The position numbers and the translations under genes were made by a program. The notes under the pieces were generated by a model. It did no database searches, was not told where the DNA came from, and saw nothing but the letters and a program-made list of their open reading frames with translations. Shown one piece after another: positions 1-15,500 of a DNA stretch of 64,000 nt. How positions within the stretch are numbered: the first letter of the stretch is position 1; the number at the start of each line of letters is the position of its first letter. The stretch is from the human T2T-CHM13v2.0 reference genome, Homo sapiens, in NCBI RefSeq assembly GCF_009914755.1, contig NC_060934.1, one strand, 5' to 3'.

Positions 1-43
1 ATATGTAGTCTAGGATCTGCAGGAACTCCAATAGAGGAATATC

Positions 44-290
44 AACTTTAACAGCTTCATTGAGGCATAATTTACATACCACAATATTCACCCATTTAAA
101 AAGTACAATTCATCAATGACTTTAGTAAATCTACTAAGTTATGCAATCATCACTGTAATCCAGTTTCAGAACATTTTCATCATCCCAGTAAGATCCCTCA
201 TGCCTGTTAAATCAATCCCCTTTCCCATTTCCAAGCCCCAGACCACACTAATCTACTTTCTGTCACTACATAAGAGATACCAATTTGAAG
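44..290 (-). mobile_element. Old L1M (L1MB/ME-type) 3' end fragment
   Basis: Resembles the antisense L1M 3'UTR: 'cagcttcattgaggcataatttacatacc...ttcacccatttaaa...ccagtttcagaacattttcatcatccca'. Confidence 0.75.
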
Positions 291-911
291 ATCACAAATT
301 TGCTCGTACAAATGTCCGTGTGTGTATGTGTGGACATACATAAAGATATATTCACTGCATGTATGATCTATATGATTAGAACACTTCTGAAATATTTAGG
401 AAAGTAGTTCCAGTTCAGGAAGTCAATTAGGCAATCCATTAGGCCAGTTATGTGACAATCCTTGTCCTACTTTACACTCTTCACTCAAAATTAATCTCCA
501 TGGATGGAAGACAGTTTTGGCATCTCCTTCAGTGGATACCTGTCATGCTAAGGTCCATAGAATGAATATGTAGCAGATTAGGCTGACACTGACACTTCTG
601 TCCTCAGTACACATTCTACTTTCTTTAATCTTTCACAGAGGAGACTATTAATGCAAATAAAGGATAGTCAGAAATAAAGAAGATGCTTTCAGCCAACAAT
701 TAAGCCTGAGAATAAAAAGTAAGCACCACCATTACACACAATGCCTGGCTGCTAGGTCAACCTTTCCAGGTATGCTAATACCCTGAAGAGACTGCAGGCT
801 GAAGGGCATTGGAAGTCAGTCTCCTCAGTGTCCATCTATTGACATCTCTCAGGCCTTGGCTGGTGGGTAGAGAGGAATCCCAATTTATGTAAAGACTAAG
901 CATGATCAAGC

Positions 912-913
<2 letters not shown>

Positions 914-951
<38 letters not shown>
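914..951. repeat. (TG)19 microsatellite
   Basis: Uninterrupted TG run read directly. Confidence 0.97.
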
Positions 952-953
<2 letters not shown>

Positions 954-2566
954 GGCACGTGTGCCTGTGTATGTATGAGAGACAGAATCTCTCTCTTTTA
1001 CACCCACCCACACACACACACACCCCTGTATTTTTTATGTGTGCCAAAGTGGCTGACAGAAAATGAAATCTGCATGAGATACTCATTTAAAGCATTGCAA
1101 AACTCCATGGAGCTCCTGGGGCAGAATGGTGGCTTGCACAGCCCAGAAAATGACCATTAAAAACAATTGGACACTGTAAAAGGAATATGCAGTTTCATAG
1201 CAACTGATAAAATCTCCATATAAAGGGAGGTGCTAAAACAATACACCACTGAGGTTTATTTCATTCTGCCATTTAAAAAAAAAAACAACTAAAACATGCT
1301 CCAATTGAATGCTGCAGTCTATCAGTAATTATCACCCGCCCAGCACTAATCCCTCTTAGCTGCCTCACCTCAACCCCTCCCATCACACATATTCATTCAT
1401 ATGTTCCTTTCAAAGGTACACACAAAAACAAGCAAACAAAAACATGAGCAGGCCTTCGCTTTTTCCTCTATTATCTAAAGGAGGCAGCAAAACAAAAAGC
1501 TTAAGATTAATTTTGATCTGTGCTGCTATTTCTGAGGCATAAGCAGTTAGATCCTGGCCCTGACCTCATTCTCAAAAAGCTGCAAAGAGAAGGGGTGTGG
1601 CCAGAACCCAGGAGAAGGGCCTCTTCTCCATTCATAAACAGCTGATTTAAGACTAATCCCTGTCCATTTGGCTCCCTGTGTGTGTATCTGTGAATGCTGA
1701 GCATCTGTCAGAGCTGGCTATATAGGCCTATGCCACCCAAAGCCACTGTTGCAGAAAAGGACTGGAAAGAAGCCCTTGCAAATGGCATCTACATCATTCT
1801 GTAAGGAACTCAAAATCTAAGACCCCTGCAATGGCAATGATTTCGCAGCATCCAGATGGCCAATGTAGCTGATCCTAATTTGCTCCAGCTGCCTCCACTT
1901 GGAGTCAGTGATGGGGACTAATGCATTCCTTATTTAAGCAAATCAGCCAGTGACAGGAGGAGGCCAGGAATCCTGCTACCCTCTGAAGATGAAAACTCAA
2001 ATATCAGCATCTCTCTGATAGGGTAAGAGAGGGAAGAAATCCAGGAGGGAAATAACCTCCACAGCTCCCTGGCCCTGAAGACTCTGTTGAATGGACATGC
2101 ATTTGGGTCCACGTATTCAGCTGGAAGGCCTCCTCTCAATGAGATACAGGATAGGCAAACTGCCCCATGATGTACGATGAAATGCTCCCTGGGGAGATGA
2201 TCTGCCTCTCAGTATTAAGGTAACTGTGCACGTAGTCTTGAAACTTGCTAAATGCCTCTTTATCGTGTCAGGCTTGATCACATTGTCAGCCCAGATCCAG
2301 GTGCTGCAGAAAACACATCAATACTTTGGATGTGGCCATGAAAATAGAATCCCCATCAGAGACTTGTCTTCTCTAGGCCCCTAGCAAAGCCACCTTAGAA
2401 GTGTCAGTTTAGTCTCTCTCTTTCTCTATCTCTCTAACAAATCCCCATTGTCTGAGAACTCTAAGTTTGAAAACACAAAATGATTACATTTTAGTCTGCA
2501 TGGTAATGGTATTATTATAGAGCACCCCAAATAGTCACCTAAGTATTTAACATATCCTATACATAA

Positions 2567-2916
<350 letters not shown>

Positions 2917-3633
2917 AAAATATACTCTTTTTTATAGAGTCATTCTTCTGTAGATTAATCCCATGCTATTATGCAATTAGTGATAAATCATATAGTACAG
3001 GTTTAGCCAATATAAAATGAACTATTGCCTAGATGGATCATTAGTAACTGGGTAAAGATAGAAAAAGTAGGGCCCTTATCTCAATATCCTCTCCTTTCCC
3101 AAAATGTCCTTCCTTTCTACATAGTACCACTACTCTAATATCTCTTCACGAAGGGCTGAGGCCATTGGGAATCCTTTTGCAAGCTTCTATAGTTTCAGGG
3201 ACAAGGAGGACAGAAGCCCAAGGGACATGGTAAAATGAGGCCAAGGAAAGCACAGTACCCCAGAAAGCAAAGCATCCCTGCCCTACAGCAGCTGAGTCAT
3301 AGAATAAGACAATAACCAAGCATGTAACAAAGCATTGTCCCACACAAGGGCTTGGGGGCAGCAGTGTGATACACAGATAATTTGAGCATTGCCTCTTAGG
3401 GCACTTCTGCTAGCTTGCTTGAGAGCCTGTCCTGGTTGCTAAACTTGCCATAGTCTGAGCTCAACAAATTACCTCAGCCATCTTGGACAGTATGAATTGT
3501 CACCTTCTCAGATTTACTGAAAACACCCATATACTGTGTGGAGATATTGAGTACTCGGTGTGCCAGATTCCTAAAAACAAAAGCAATTTGATAAATGTCA
3601 TTGGAACAATGGTGTTTGAGTCATCTATTTTCA

Positions 3634-4023
<390 letters not shown>

Positions 4024-4026
4024 GTG

Positions 4027-4325
<299 letters not shown>

Positions 4326-5249
4326 TCTGTCCCTAACACCTGATGCAAAGAAGGAGCCTGGTGCAAAATGGGGAGGAGAGAGGGGAAGTCCATAGCCATC
4401 TCGCTAGATGAAAATCCCGGTGGACCATGAAGATCTTTCAAATGTCTGACAAGGTTCATGAAAGTTCATGAAAATGGACAATAGCACAGCCAAGCATAGA
4501 CTATTCCCCCTCAGGTGATGGAGCACTTCAGGAAAAAGGCAGATTCAGTGATGTGAGTATAGAGGTGATTGAGTCGGGAAAGCTGGCTCTTAGAAATATT
4601 TCCTGTTCTAGAACCTGGACTGGAGTTGCTGCAATTAGGCCCATATGCTTTCAGCGGGTGTGTGAGGCTTCACGGCCTTGGGAGGCAGATTCAGAGCCAA
4701 GGCTCACAAAGGTGGCTACCACCAGAATCCAGTCACCTGAGGAGCTTTCCTTCCAAAGCAGAGATGCCCTCATCCCACCCTAGGGCCAGCAAATCATGAG
4801 CTGGGGGAGGGGAAGTCTGGGCACCTCTTTTTAACAAGCTCCTCCAGTGAATCTGACAATGGGAGTCACTGAATTAAAGCCATTAGGAGAAACCACTTAG
4901 CTCAAGTCAGAGATTAATTTACAAATGTCGCCTTAACAATTAGCCCATTAGAACATATGTATGAGGCCTGCAGGCTTAGAGAATCGTGCTAGGAGTACTA
5001 GAAAAAGTACAGAGAGGAGGATGAATTAATTCTCTCCTGAGCAGGTTTTACACATTCTTCTCAGCTCACAGCAGAACAAATGACCCTAATTAATGATTCT
5101 GCATGTTTGATCAGGGTTTATCTGCCTACTGAAGGCAGAGACCCTTCTCAGAAAATGGACAATTTTCTATATATGATCCCAAAGGCATAGGACTTTTTAA
5201 ATTGAAGTATATAATTTACATATAATAAAATCCACTATATTAAAAAATA

Positions 5250-5525
5250 CACTTTGGGAGGCCAAGGCAGGAAGATTGCTTGAGCTCAGGAGTTCGAGAC
5301 CAGCCTGGGCAACATAGAGAGACCATATCTCTACAAAAAAAACTTTAAAAAAATTATCCAGGCATGATAGCATGTGCCTATAATCCCAGCTACTCCAGAG
5401 GGTGAGTCAGGAGGATCGCTTGAGCCTGGGAGGTGGAAGCTGCAGTTGAGCTGTGATCAAACCACTACACTCCAACGTGGGTGACAAGGCAAGACCCTGT
5501 CTCACACACACAAAAAAGAAAAAAA
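5250..5525 (+). mobile_element. 5'-truncated AluJ-type, following a short antisense L1 3' fragment (~5195-5249)
   Basis: Starts at 'cactttgggaggcc'; J-type 'gaggatcgcttgagcctggg' and 'gcaagaccctgtctc'. Confidence 0.9.
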
Positions 5526-5994
5526 TAGATGTGAGAACTCCCAAGGCAAAACAATCTGGTGACATTTTGTTTTTTGAGAGATAATATCATTCCAACATCT
5601 AAATTATAATGTTTTTGTCCTGGTGAATTTATTAATAACAATGCCAACAAACATTTATTGAACACCTATGCACAAGGGCCAGAGTGAGAGACAGAGAAAT
5701 GCAAAACTGAAACAGTTAAGTCTGGCCTGGCCTTTGCCCTCAGGGAGCATGGGATCTAGAAGTTTAAATTACTCAAGAGTCCCTTCTGAATGTAAGAAGC
5801 GCTACACATATCAACAGTCATCTCCAGGATATAAAGGAAGGATCAGATCAGGCAGAGAAGCAACACCACCCTCATTTCAGACTCCCAAAGTGGAACGGGG
5901 AGAGAAAGTGAGAAATGGAAAACCAAGGAAAAAGGAAGAAGAATTTTTGACATTCCAAGTCCACCTGGCTGTTCTAGGAAAGGACAGACACCAG

Positions 5995-6361
5995 TGATAT
6001 GGTTTGGCTGTGTCCCCACCCAAATCTTATCTTGAACTGTCGCTCTCACAATTCCCACGTGTTGTGGGAGGGACCTGGTGGGAGGTAATTGAATCATGGG
6101 GGCGGGTCTTTCCCATGCTGTTCCTGTGATAGTGAATAAGTCTCACAAGATCAGATGGTTTTATAAAGGGGAGTTTCCCTGCACAAGCTCTCTCTCTTCC
6201 CTGCCAACATGTAAGATGTGACTTGCTCCTCCTTGCCTTCCGCCATGATTGTTAGGCCTCCCCAGCCACGTGGAACTGTGAGTCCATTAAACCTCTTTTT
6301 CTTTATAAATTACACAGTATTGGGTATGTCTTTATCAGCAGTGTGAAAACGGACTAATATA
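5995..6361 (+). mobile_element. THE1 (MaLR) solo LTR
   Basis: Starts 'tgatatggtttggctgtgtccccacccaaatc', ends 'ggactaatata'; perfect 5-bp TSD ACCAG at 5990-5994 and 6362-6366. Confidence 0.96.
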
Positions 6362-6409
6362 ACCAGGCACACAGGATGAGTGATGTGGAGAAGGAAGAGC
6401 ACAGGACAC

Positions 6410-6520
6410 AGAAGACCTGGGTGTGAATCTCCACTCTGCCCCTATAAGCAACATGCTCTTAAGCACGTCACCTAATCTCTCTGGGTCTAAGTTTCCCAAT
6501 CTGTGAAATAATGAGATTGA
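6410..6520 (+). mobile_element. MIR fragment
   Basis: MIR core: 'agacctgggtgtgaatctccactctgcc...gtcacctaatctctctgggtctaagtttcccaatctgtgaaat'. Confidence 0.7.
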
Positions 6521-7074
6521 AACAGATGATTATGAGATGGGACCTTGGTAGGAACTAAAAACTTTTGGCTTGAAAAGGTAGCCCTCACTTATGCTAACTG
6601 TAAACCATGTATACATAAGTCTGATTCAACATGCTGACAATATGCCTGTCCCTAAATCTGTATGCAGGAGACTTGTTTCATAAGATCACAAGAATAAACT
6701 CCATAGACACTCAGATTCATAGTTTGTGTTTCCAGCAGCACAATCAATTGCTCATGCAGAATGTCATCCCACAAAACTAACACAAGACATAGAAGGGCCA
6801 TGGATCAGCTTTCTCCTGAGTCTGGGTCTCAGCTCTGCCATCACTACAGAAAATTGAGTGGTGGTCTGACCCATCGCCTCCCTCTCCTTGCCTCTGTGAG
6901 CTTTGAAAAGCCCATGTTTTTGCAGGCTTTAGCCTTCCAGAAGCTCAGACTGAGTCTCAGTGTTTTCCTAAGGGAAAAAGAAAATGATTTTTTTCTCTTT
7001 ACTGTTTAGCAAGTATAGTTGATATGTTCTTGTCATTCCTAAGTCATGAATGGTTCTCAATAGAAGAAGATATA

Positions 7075-7380
7075 GGTCAGGTGCGGTGGCTCATGCCTAT
7101 AATCCCAACACTTTGGGAGGCTGAGGCGGGTGGATTACTTGAGATCAGGAGCTCAAGACCAGCCTGGCCAATACGGTGAAACCCCATCTCTACTAAAAAT
7201 ACAGAAATTAGCTGGGTGTGGTGGCACACACCTGTAATCCCAGCTACTCAGGAGGCTGAGGCAGGAGAATTGCTTGAACCCAGGAAACGGAGGTTTCAGC
7301 AAGCCGAGATAACGCCACTGCACTGCAGCCTGGGCAACAGAGCGAGACTCTGTCTCAAAAAAATATATATATAATATATA
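7075..7380 (+). mobile_element. Alu (AluS-type)
   Basis: Full dimer with an A/(TA) tail. Confidence 0.95.
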
Positions 7381-7849
7381 ATCTTGCCACCAAAAAAGGA
7401 TTTTTGTTATCATACATTTAAAAATATCTGTAATATTTCTGCAGAGCCATTTAATCATCCATAGGTCCCCTAAATTACCAAGCTAGCACTATGAAACATC
7501 ACATTTGACTTATGGAAGCACATGCACAAAAATGCTGTAAATTGATTCACTGGAAACCAAGACTCCAAACAACGGATTAAGTAGAGATGTATTCAAGATG
7601 AAAGAAAGGAAGAAGAAAGAGGGGCTTTGTAGTTGGTATTTGGGATTATAGCATTAAAATAAAATGCATGGGATTGCCAGATAAGAGTAAAACTGGTTTG
7701 TTCACATGTAAGGAAACCTAGTAAAAATCTCTATGATTTTACAGGCATTAGGATCTGGTGCTTCCAAAAGTGCAATACTATGAAGCCATACTCTGTGTGC
7801 AATGGACTGAATTCTTAGGACACACATGTAAATCGGAGAGAATCCCTCC

Positions 7850-8345
7850 TTAAATCACCTCAAATGTCCTCCATAACTTTTGGTATGAAGAAAAAAAAAA
7901 TCCTTGACAGAGTCCACAAGGCCCTGAAAGCTCTGGTCTTTTCCTCCTCTCTGGCTTTATTTCACATGCTTCCACATCTAGACTCCAGGAATCTAACTTG
8001 CAGTTATTCTCATTCTCCATTTGCCTCCTCCCACCCCAACCACCACAGAGCCTTCGCACAAGCACTTTCCTCCTCCCAGAAGCCTCACCTGCTCACATGG
8101 GATGCCCATCCTTCAGAAATCAGCTCTGCTGTCACTTCCCTGCCCACAGGTATTCTGTTTTGTGTAGCAGTTAGCAAAGCAGCAATTTTACATGTCTTTG
8201 TGCAATCATTTTGATCAATTGCTCTCCTCTTTCCTTTGCTGGATGGCAAGTTCTATGAAGGCCGGGTGTGTGTCCATTTTTAGTTATCACGAAATTCCAA
8301 GAAAGTAGCAAAGTGTCTCAATCAGTATTTGTTAAATAAATAAAT
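7850..8345 (+). mobile_element. L2 3' region
   Basis: Pyrimidine-rich L2 3' body ending 'gtgtctcaatcagtatttgttaaataaataaat'. Confidence 0.7.
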
Positions 8346-8813
8346 ATGTGGAGAAAAGGCTGGAGAATTAGTTTGAAGACTGAGTGTAGTGGAAGCAAAA
8401 GAGAGGTGGGAGAAACATGGATTACCCTCACTGAGTGAGACCCTGAAGTTTATAACCCGGAATAAAGGTGAGATGCAGTTCCAGGTAATGGCAGCATCCA
8501 GGGGATCCCTGGTGAAAGTGGAGCAGGAAGAAGAGCACCGCGGTGGTAGAGGTCGAGGGTCTGAGACACACACAGGGATAGCAAGGACAGTCCTGCACAC
8601 AGACTCAAAGGGGATGGGGGGAGCTGAGGTTGAGAATAGAAGAGGACAGGGCCATCCCTGAATAGGGGGAGGGGCCTGGACTTAGATGGGTGACAGCATC
8701 AGGAAGGACAGAGAGAGGAAGGATTTGGTCGGATGGCAGGAGCCTGGAGAAAACAGGTTTCTACAAGAACAGAAGGGCAATGAAGGGCCAGAGTGTCCAG
8801 CACTCCTGGGTTA

Positions 8814-9185
<372 letters not shown>

Positions 9186-9436
9186 CTAGGAAAAACAGAT
9201 TCAACTGAGGTGACAGATACAGGGAGCATTACGTGAAGAAGCAGAGAATTCAGATTTGAATCAGGACTAGGAATCTGTGAAAACAGATGTCATAAGAAAG
9301 TGAGATGGAGAGGCATAAAATAATGGAAATGCCAACGTTCCAATAATAAGTGAATATATTTGTGTGTATTTGTATGCACACAAACACGCTGCAAGGGGCA
9401 CAGAGACAAACTGTGATTCCTCTAATCAGAAAGACC

Positions 9437-9497
9437 GGGTCTCTGTCAGTATTTATTAACCACCTGGGGGTCTCTATCAGTATTTATTAACCACCTG
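9437..9497. repeat. 31-bp tandem duplication (2 copies, 1 mismatch)
   Basis: gggtctctgtcagtatttattaaccacctgg followed by gggtctctatcagtatttattaaccacctg. Confidence 0.93.
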
Positions 9498-10479
9498 CAT
9501 GCCCCCCAGCAGTTTGTCTCTGTCCATTTTCAAATCAGGTCACTTCAAAGTGACTATAAATACATACGAAACCCTGGGAAACAACAGGGTTCCCTCTTAC
9601 TATAAGTTTACTATAAATCATGCATCCATCAGTATATAGACAAAGTTAACTGCAATCATGGACTTTTTTTTGAGAGGGCAGAAGAAAACTTGACTCATGC
9701 AGATAGACACAGTGTCTGAATTCTCATTTTTTAATGCTCCCCAAAGAAGAATCTGGGACATGATTACTACAAGCCAATTGCCCAATCTCTTCCCTTCTGA
9801 GGCCTGTGACATAACTATAGGGCCAGAGTTATGTGAACTTCTGCAGGTTCGTGTTCCCCAAACATCGCAGGAGTGTTGTCCTACATCCTGGATTTTGTTG
9901 ATGATGTTCATCTCATTTTGCCCAAATTAAAAATACAGAAAAGTTCAATATATTCCTCCTAGGGCTTAATTTATTATAACTGAAATGAGGGAAAGCAGTT
10001 GTAACAGGAAGTCAGAAAACTTTCCCTAAAACCTGTGTCCTTCCTGCAAGCCGAGGTTTAATGACACTGAAATCTTACATCATTGCATCATAAAACTTAA
10101 AAGGTTGCTTTTTGCATAATTTTACCAATGACATTAAAACCGATGCACTGGCAAGCATGATAAAATCTTCCATTTGAGGTCTAAAGTTGGAAGACCTTTC
10201 CTGTCCAAGTATTGAAAAACCTAGGGGAAAAAGTTCCATCTGCTGGTGGAGCGCTCAAGTTTGCAGCTAATGAGCTTTTTAAGAAATTGTCTGACTTAAG
10301 TGCATGTGGGTTTGGCCAACTGGATTTTTAATTTAATTAGGTTTATGAGATGAGAAATCTTCTGTAGCGTAGTCAGGTCAGAAGTTGCCACTCACTGTCA
10401 CCAAGGACTAAATTTGTGGCTATCTTTGCCCTACTTCTCAAACCCTGCCAGTTGTTAAATTACATTAAAGGCAAAACTG

Positions 10480-11410
10480 GAATTTAAAGCTGGGACTCAA
10501 ACAAATACTTATATGCCCATGTTTGTTGCAGCCAAAAGGTAGAAGCAACCCAAAGTGTCCATGGACAGATGAATGGATAAACAAGATGAGATCTCTCCAT
10601 ACAATGGAATACTATTCAGTGTTAATAAAGAAGGAAATTCTGGTCCATACTACGACGTGAATGACCCTTGAAGACATTATGCTAAGTGAAATAAGCTATA
10701 CATAAAAGGACAAATATTGTGTGAATCTACCTAAAGGAGGTAACTAGAGTAGTCACATTCATTGAGACAGGAAGTAGAATGATGGTTCCTTGGAAGTGGG
10801 AGAGAGGGAGAAGTGGGGAATTATTGTTTAATGGGTACAGAGTTTCTGTTTTGTAAGATGAAAACAGTTCTGGATATGGATGGTGATATGGTTTGGATGT
10901 CTTCCCTCCTCCAAATATCCTGTTGAAACATGACCCCCAGTGTTGGAGGTGAGGCCTGATGGGAGGCGTTTTGGTCATGGGGGTGGATCCCTCATGAATG
11001 GCTTGGTGTCCTTCCAGTGGTAATGAGTTAGTGAGAGATATGATTGTTTAAAAGAGTCTGGGACCTCTGCACTTCTTTCTTGTCCCCTTGCTCCTGCTCC
11101 CTCTCTTGCCATGTGATACACCAGCTCTCCCTTTGCCTTCCGCCATGATTGTAAGCTTCCTGAAGTCCTTACCAGAAGCCAAGCAGAAGTGGGTGCCATG
11201 CTTGTACAGCCTGCAGAACCATGAACCAAGATAAATCTCTTTTCTTTATAAATTACCCATCTTCAGGTATTCCTTTATGGCAATGCAAATAACTAGTACA
11301 GATAGTGATGATGATTGCACAATGTGAATGTACTAAAAGCCACTGAATTGTACCCTTACAAATGGCTGAAATGGTAAATCTTATGCATATTTTACTGCAA
11401 TTTACAAAAT
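10480..11410 (+). mobile_element. L1MB-type 3' end, split by an MST LTR
   Basis: 'gaagcaacccaaagtgtccatggacagatgaatggataaac...ggaatactattcag'; resumes after 11305 with 'gattgcacaatgtgaatgtactaaaagccactgaattgtac'. Confidence 0.88.
10884..11300 (+). mobile_element. MST (MSTA/B-type MaLR) solo LTR nested in L1MB
   Basis: 'tgatatggtttggatgtc...gtacagcctgcagaaccatgaaccaag...aactagtaca'; TSD gatgg/gatag. Confidence 0.92.
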
Positions 11411-13230
11411 GGAAGGAAAATTCTGAGAACCCACAAGTAGAATTCAGAAGCATATGTATATTTAAAAACTCAAACATCATAACCCTCCCACAGGAATACT
11501 GACATCTCTCAATTCAATGGCAGTGGGTATCTCCAAGAAACTTGTATTACATGCAAGTGACTCTTCCCTCTCTAGAGCATTGATCTTACCCCCTAGGATG
11601 CTGGAATTTCTCCTTTCATTTCCAGAATCTATCCCCATGTAGCCACAGAGATGTTATGTGTGTCCCGCCTTTCCCTTGCACTGCACTCTAGTCTACAACC
11701 AATGCCCAAAGTTGGCTATGATTTTTTTAGAGACCTTATTTTGTCTTTCGGTAACTGTAGCTAAAGTCCAAGATATAATTAGGAACTTTAAAAGAGTGTT
11801 CCCTTCATCCTATAACCGCTTTACAAACACTCAACAATTTCCTCTGGAAGATAATGAAACACACAGAGGGCATCTGGTCCCTAAGACTAAACCTCAAGGT
11901 CAAGCTTGGTTGTAGCTCCTCAGTGGCTTAATGGAACATTGAAAGCACCCCTAGAAATAACATAAAATTTTCATCTTCTACAGCAAGGATTTTGGCACCA
12001 AGGTCTTACTTTGTAAAAGGCTTATGTAAAAGGCTTATCAGTGCATCCCAGAAAGCAATGCCATCTAAGCCCTATAGTGTCAAGGGAGTTGGCCAAAATT
12101 GCTAAATGACCATTCAGCTGACGATATGACACCAACATCGGCTGTGCAGGTGCATGCTCACATTCCTGGCACCAAACATGTCACACTCCATTTTCTCCTC
12201 TGCAGAATCGAATCTGACCATAACAATGGACTAGGCTTGCTAAGAATGATACTAGCATGCCTCTTTGTTAAGACTTTCAGTGGGTTGAAATCCAGGTCTC
12301 CAAAGAGAAAGCCCTAACCTGTCTACTTCTGACATCTCTCCTTCCTGCCCTCACCTCAGAAATAAATGGTATTTTTGTATTTACAATTGAATTCTTACAG
12401 ACAAACTACCCTTCCCGAATGAAGTAGAAAGTTTCACAAGATAGCATCCCTCATGCTCAATAAATTCCCACTCCTACAGCCTGGAAAGTTGGAAGGCAGA
12501 GTCAGCAGCATAAACCTCTGCATGTGTATTCGCGCAAGTTTCGAAAGCCTGGCCCACAGCCCCTGATTCCACCTTGCTTCCTACAATGGTCTCACCATTC
12601 TCCCTCTCACCCAGTGAGGACTGGGTGATAATAATGCCTCTGTGCCCCCTCTAGCACAGGGGACCTAGAGCTCTGGCTCACTGGAGATAAACAGTCAGAA
12701 AACCACATCCTCTACATGTGTGGGGCATTTGTTTGAGGGTGGGTGGATGAGAATGTGGTCAGGTAACCCAAGCTTTCCTTCCTCCTTCAGCCTCACACTT
12801 TTGCAAACAAAAGAGAAGAAATGGAGTCTGTCTGTAGAATGTCACTTGTTATCTTCTCAAGGTCATTTTTAAAAAGGAAGATCATGTGTATGATGTTCGA
12901 GTATGCTTCATAGTTCAGCAGACCAGGCACACCAGGTACACAGTGAAAGAATTGGCAAGACAAGGGCCAGAAAATGCGTGGAGATCTTTCATTGCACAGT
13001 TTTAAGAGCTTTGACATAGTTATCAGGAAGAAATCAGAATTGAGGTGGGCTCCCTTAAGCTTACTGCATGGTTTTTCCATGTGTCAAATTTATATGTGAG
13101 GAGAACCTTCATCCTTTCAGGGTTTACGGTCTCTTGCTGTCATAACCCGCCTGCATATTTCAGCACAGCCCCAGCCTGATCACCAATTTCCATCCCTCAT
13201 CCACTCCATCAGAAGATCTTTATGTGCTAG

Positions 13231-13745
<515 letters not shown>

Positions 13746-13820
13746 AGAATGTGCATTTCTAATAAGTTTCAGGTGATGCTGATGCTGCTGGTTCAGAGAC
13801 CACATTTTGAGAATTACTGC
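13746..13820. mobile_element. MER5-type hAT MITE fragment
   Basis: 'gcatttctaataagtttcaggtgatgctgatgctgctggttcagagaccacattttgagaattactg'. Confidence 0.8.
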
Positions 13821-14086
13821 TTTTAACCTTATTTATAAAAGATAAAAAGTTTATTCTTTCAAGATATTCTTTTTCTTTGAACATGGGTATAAAAACATTT
13901 TAAACTGTTTAGGTATGTGCCATTTGGACAAAATCTCTTTAATATATCTATAAAAATATACTTTGAAGGCTTCCAAAGGGGAGAAAACCGGCTGGAGCTC
14001 TTTATCTTGAATTATTGTTCAAAATCATTTTCAGAGTCTAGTTCATTGGGCTGGACAATGCCAGCAAGGTGTTTGGTTTTTAATTA

Positions 14087-14587
<501 letters not shown>

Positions 14588-15226
14588 TCAGAAAGCACCA
14601 CAAATGAAAAATAGGAGTTCATCAATATACTGTTTCCTTTATCATTAGAAAGAAACAGTGCTAAAAAAGAAGAATGTCCACATGACTTCCAAAAACAAAG
14701 GAACCCAGGGTCATGACTCTGTCTGTTTTTCCCAGCTATATCTAAGACTTAGAGGGGAGAGAACAGCTCCCTTTGTCCAGGTTCCACCCACTGCAAGAAC
14801 TTTTTGGCAATAATATGACTTCTCTTGTGTGCTCTGTGCCAGCCAAACTTCGTAAGAATGCTGGCCAGCTTGGCGCACCCTCTCCAGCATTACCTATGTT
14901 TGTTATTTGAAGTTGCCATGCTAGATTTTACTTTAAATGACATTTCAAGTACACAGGGTAGTTGAATAGGTTTAAGTCTTGTTGTTTCTTTTCTTTTCTT
15001 CTATTGAATAATCAATCCATTCAGGCACAGAAAGATCAACTCTTAGGCTTCCCTAATTACCCTGAATCTGCTACTTCACCCAAGGGACCTCTTGAAAGAC
15101 CCCAAGGATGCTTTAAACAAAGCACTTCTTACTCTTTATTGTAGTCATGAGTTTTCTTCTGAGTCTCTTGTCTGTGATCTCCTCCTTGAGGATGGAAAGG
15201 GTATCAATCATGGCTGTGGCCCCACC

Positions 15227-15500
15227 ATTCACTCATTCATTTATTCAATCAATGTATATTTATTAAATGACTGCTGTATACCAAGCTTTGTGCTAAGCCT
15301 GAATATGCAGCAGAGGACCAAAGAGCCACAGCCCTTGCCCTCATGAACCTTACAGTCTGAAGTAGGGACAGACACTCAACAAATGACCCCACTAGTGAGT
15401 AAAATTTGCACATGAATTAGGAGGACTCTCCAGAGAAGGGGCAATGAGCTTTGCAGGCTGTGGAGTCTAGGGGTGTTCCATGGAAGGAGGATGAGAAGGA
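15227..15500 (-). mobile_element. L2 3' end
   Basis: 'cattcactcattcatttattcaatcaatgtatatttattaaatgactgctgtataccaagc...gccctcatgaaccttacagtct'. Confidence 0.78.

Noticed and set aside
9437-9497. CRISPR-like direct repeats
   Set aside because: Two adjacent copies with no spacer, in a primate genome.
12793-13080. 95-aa ORF in unique sequence
   Set aside because: No recognisable protein family and no convincing splice acceptor; the length is expected by chance.
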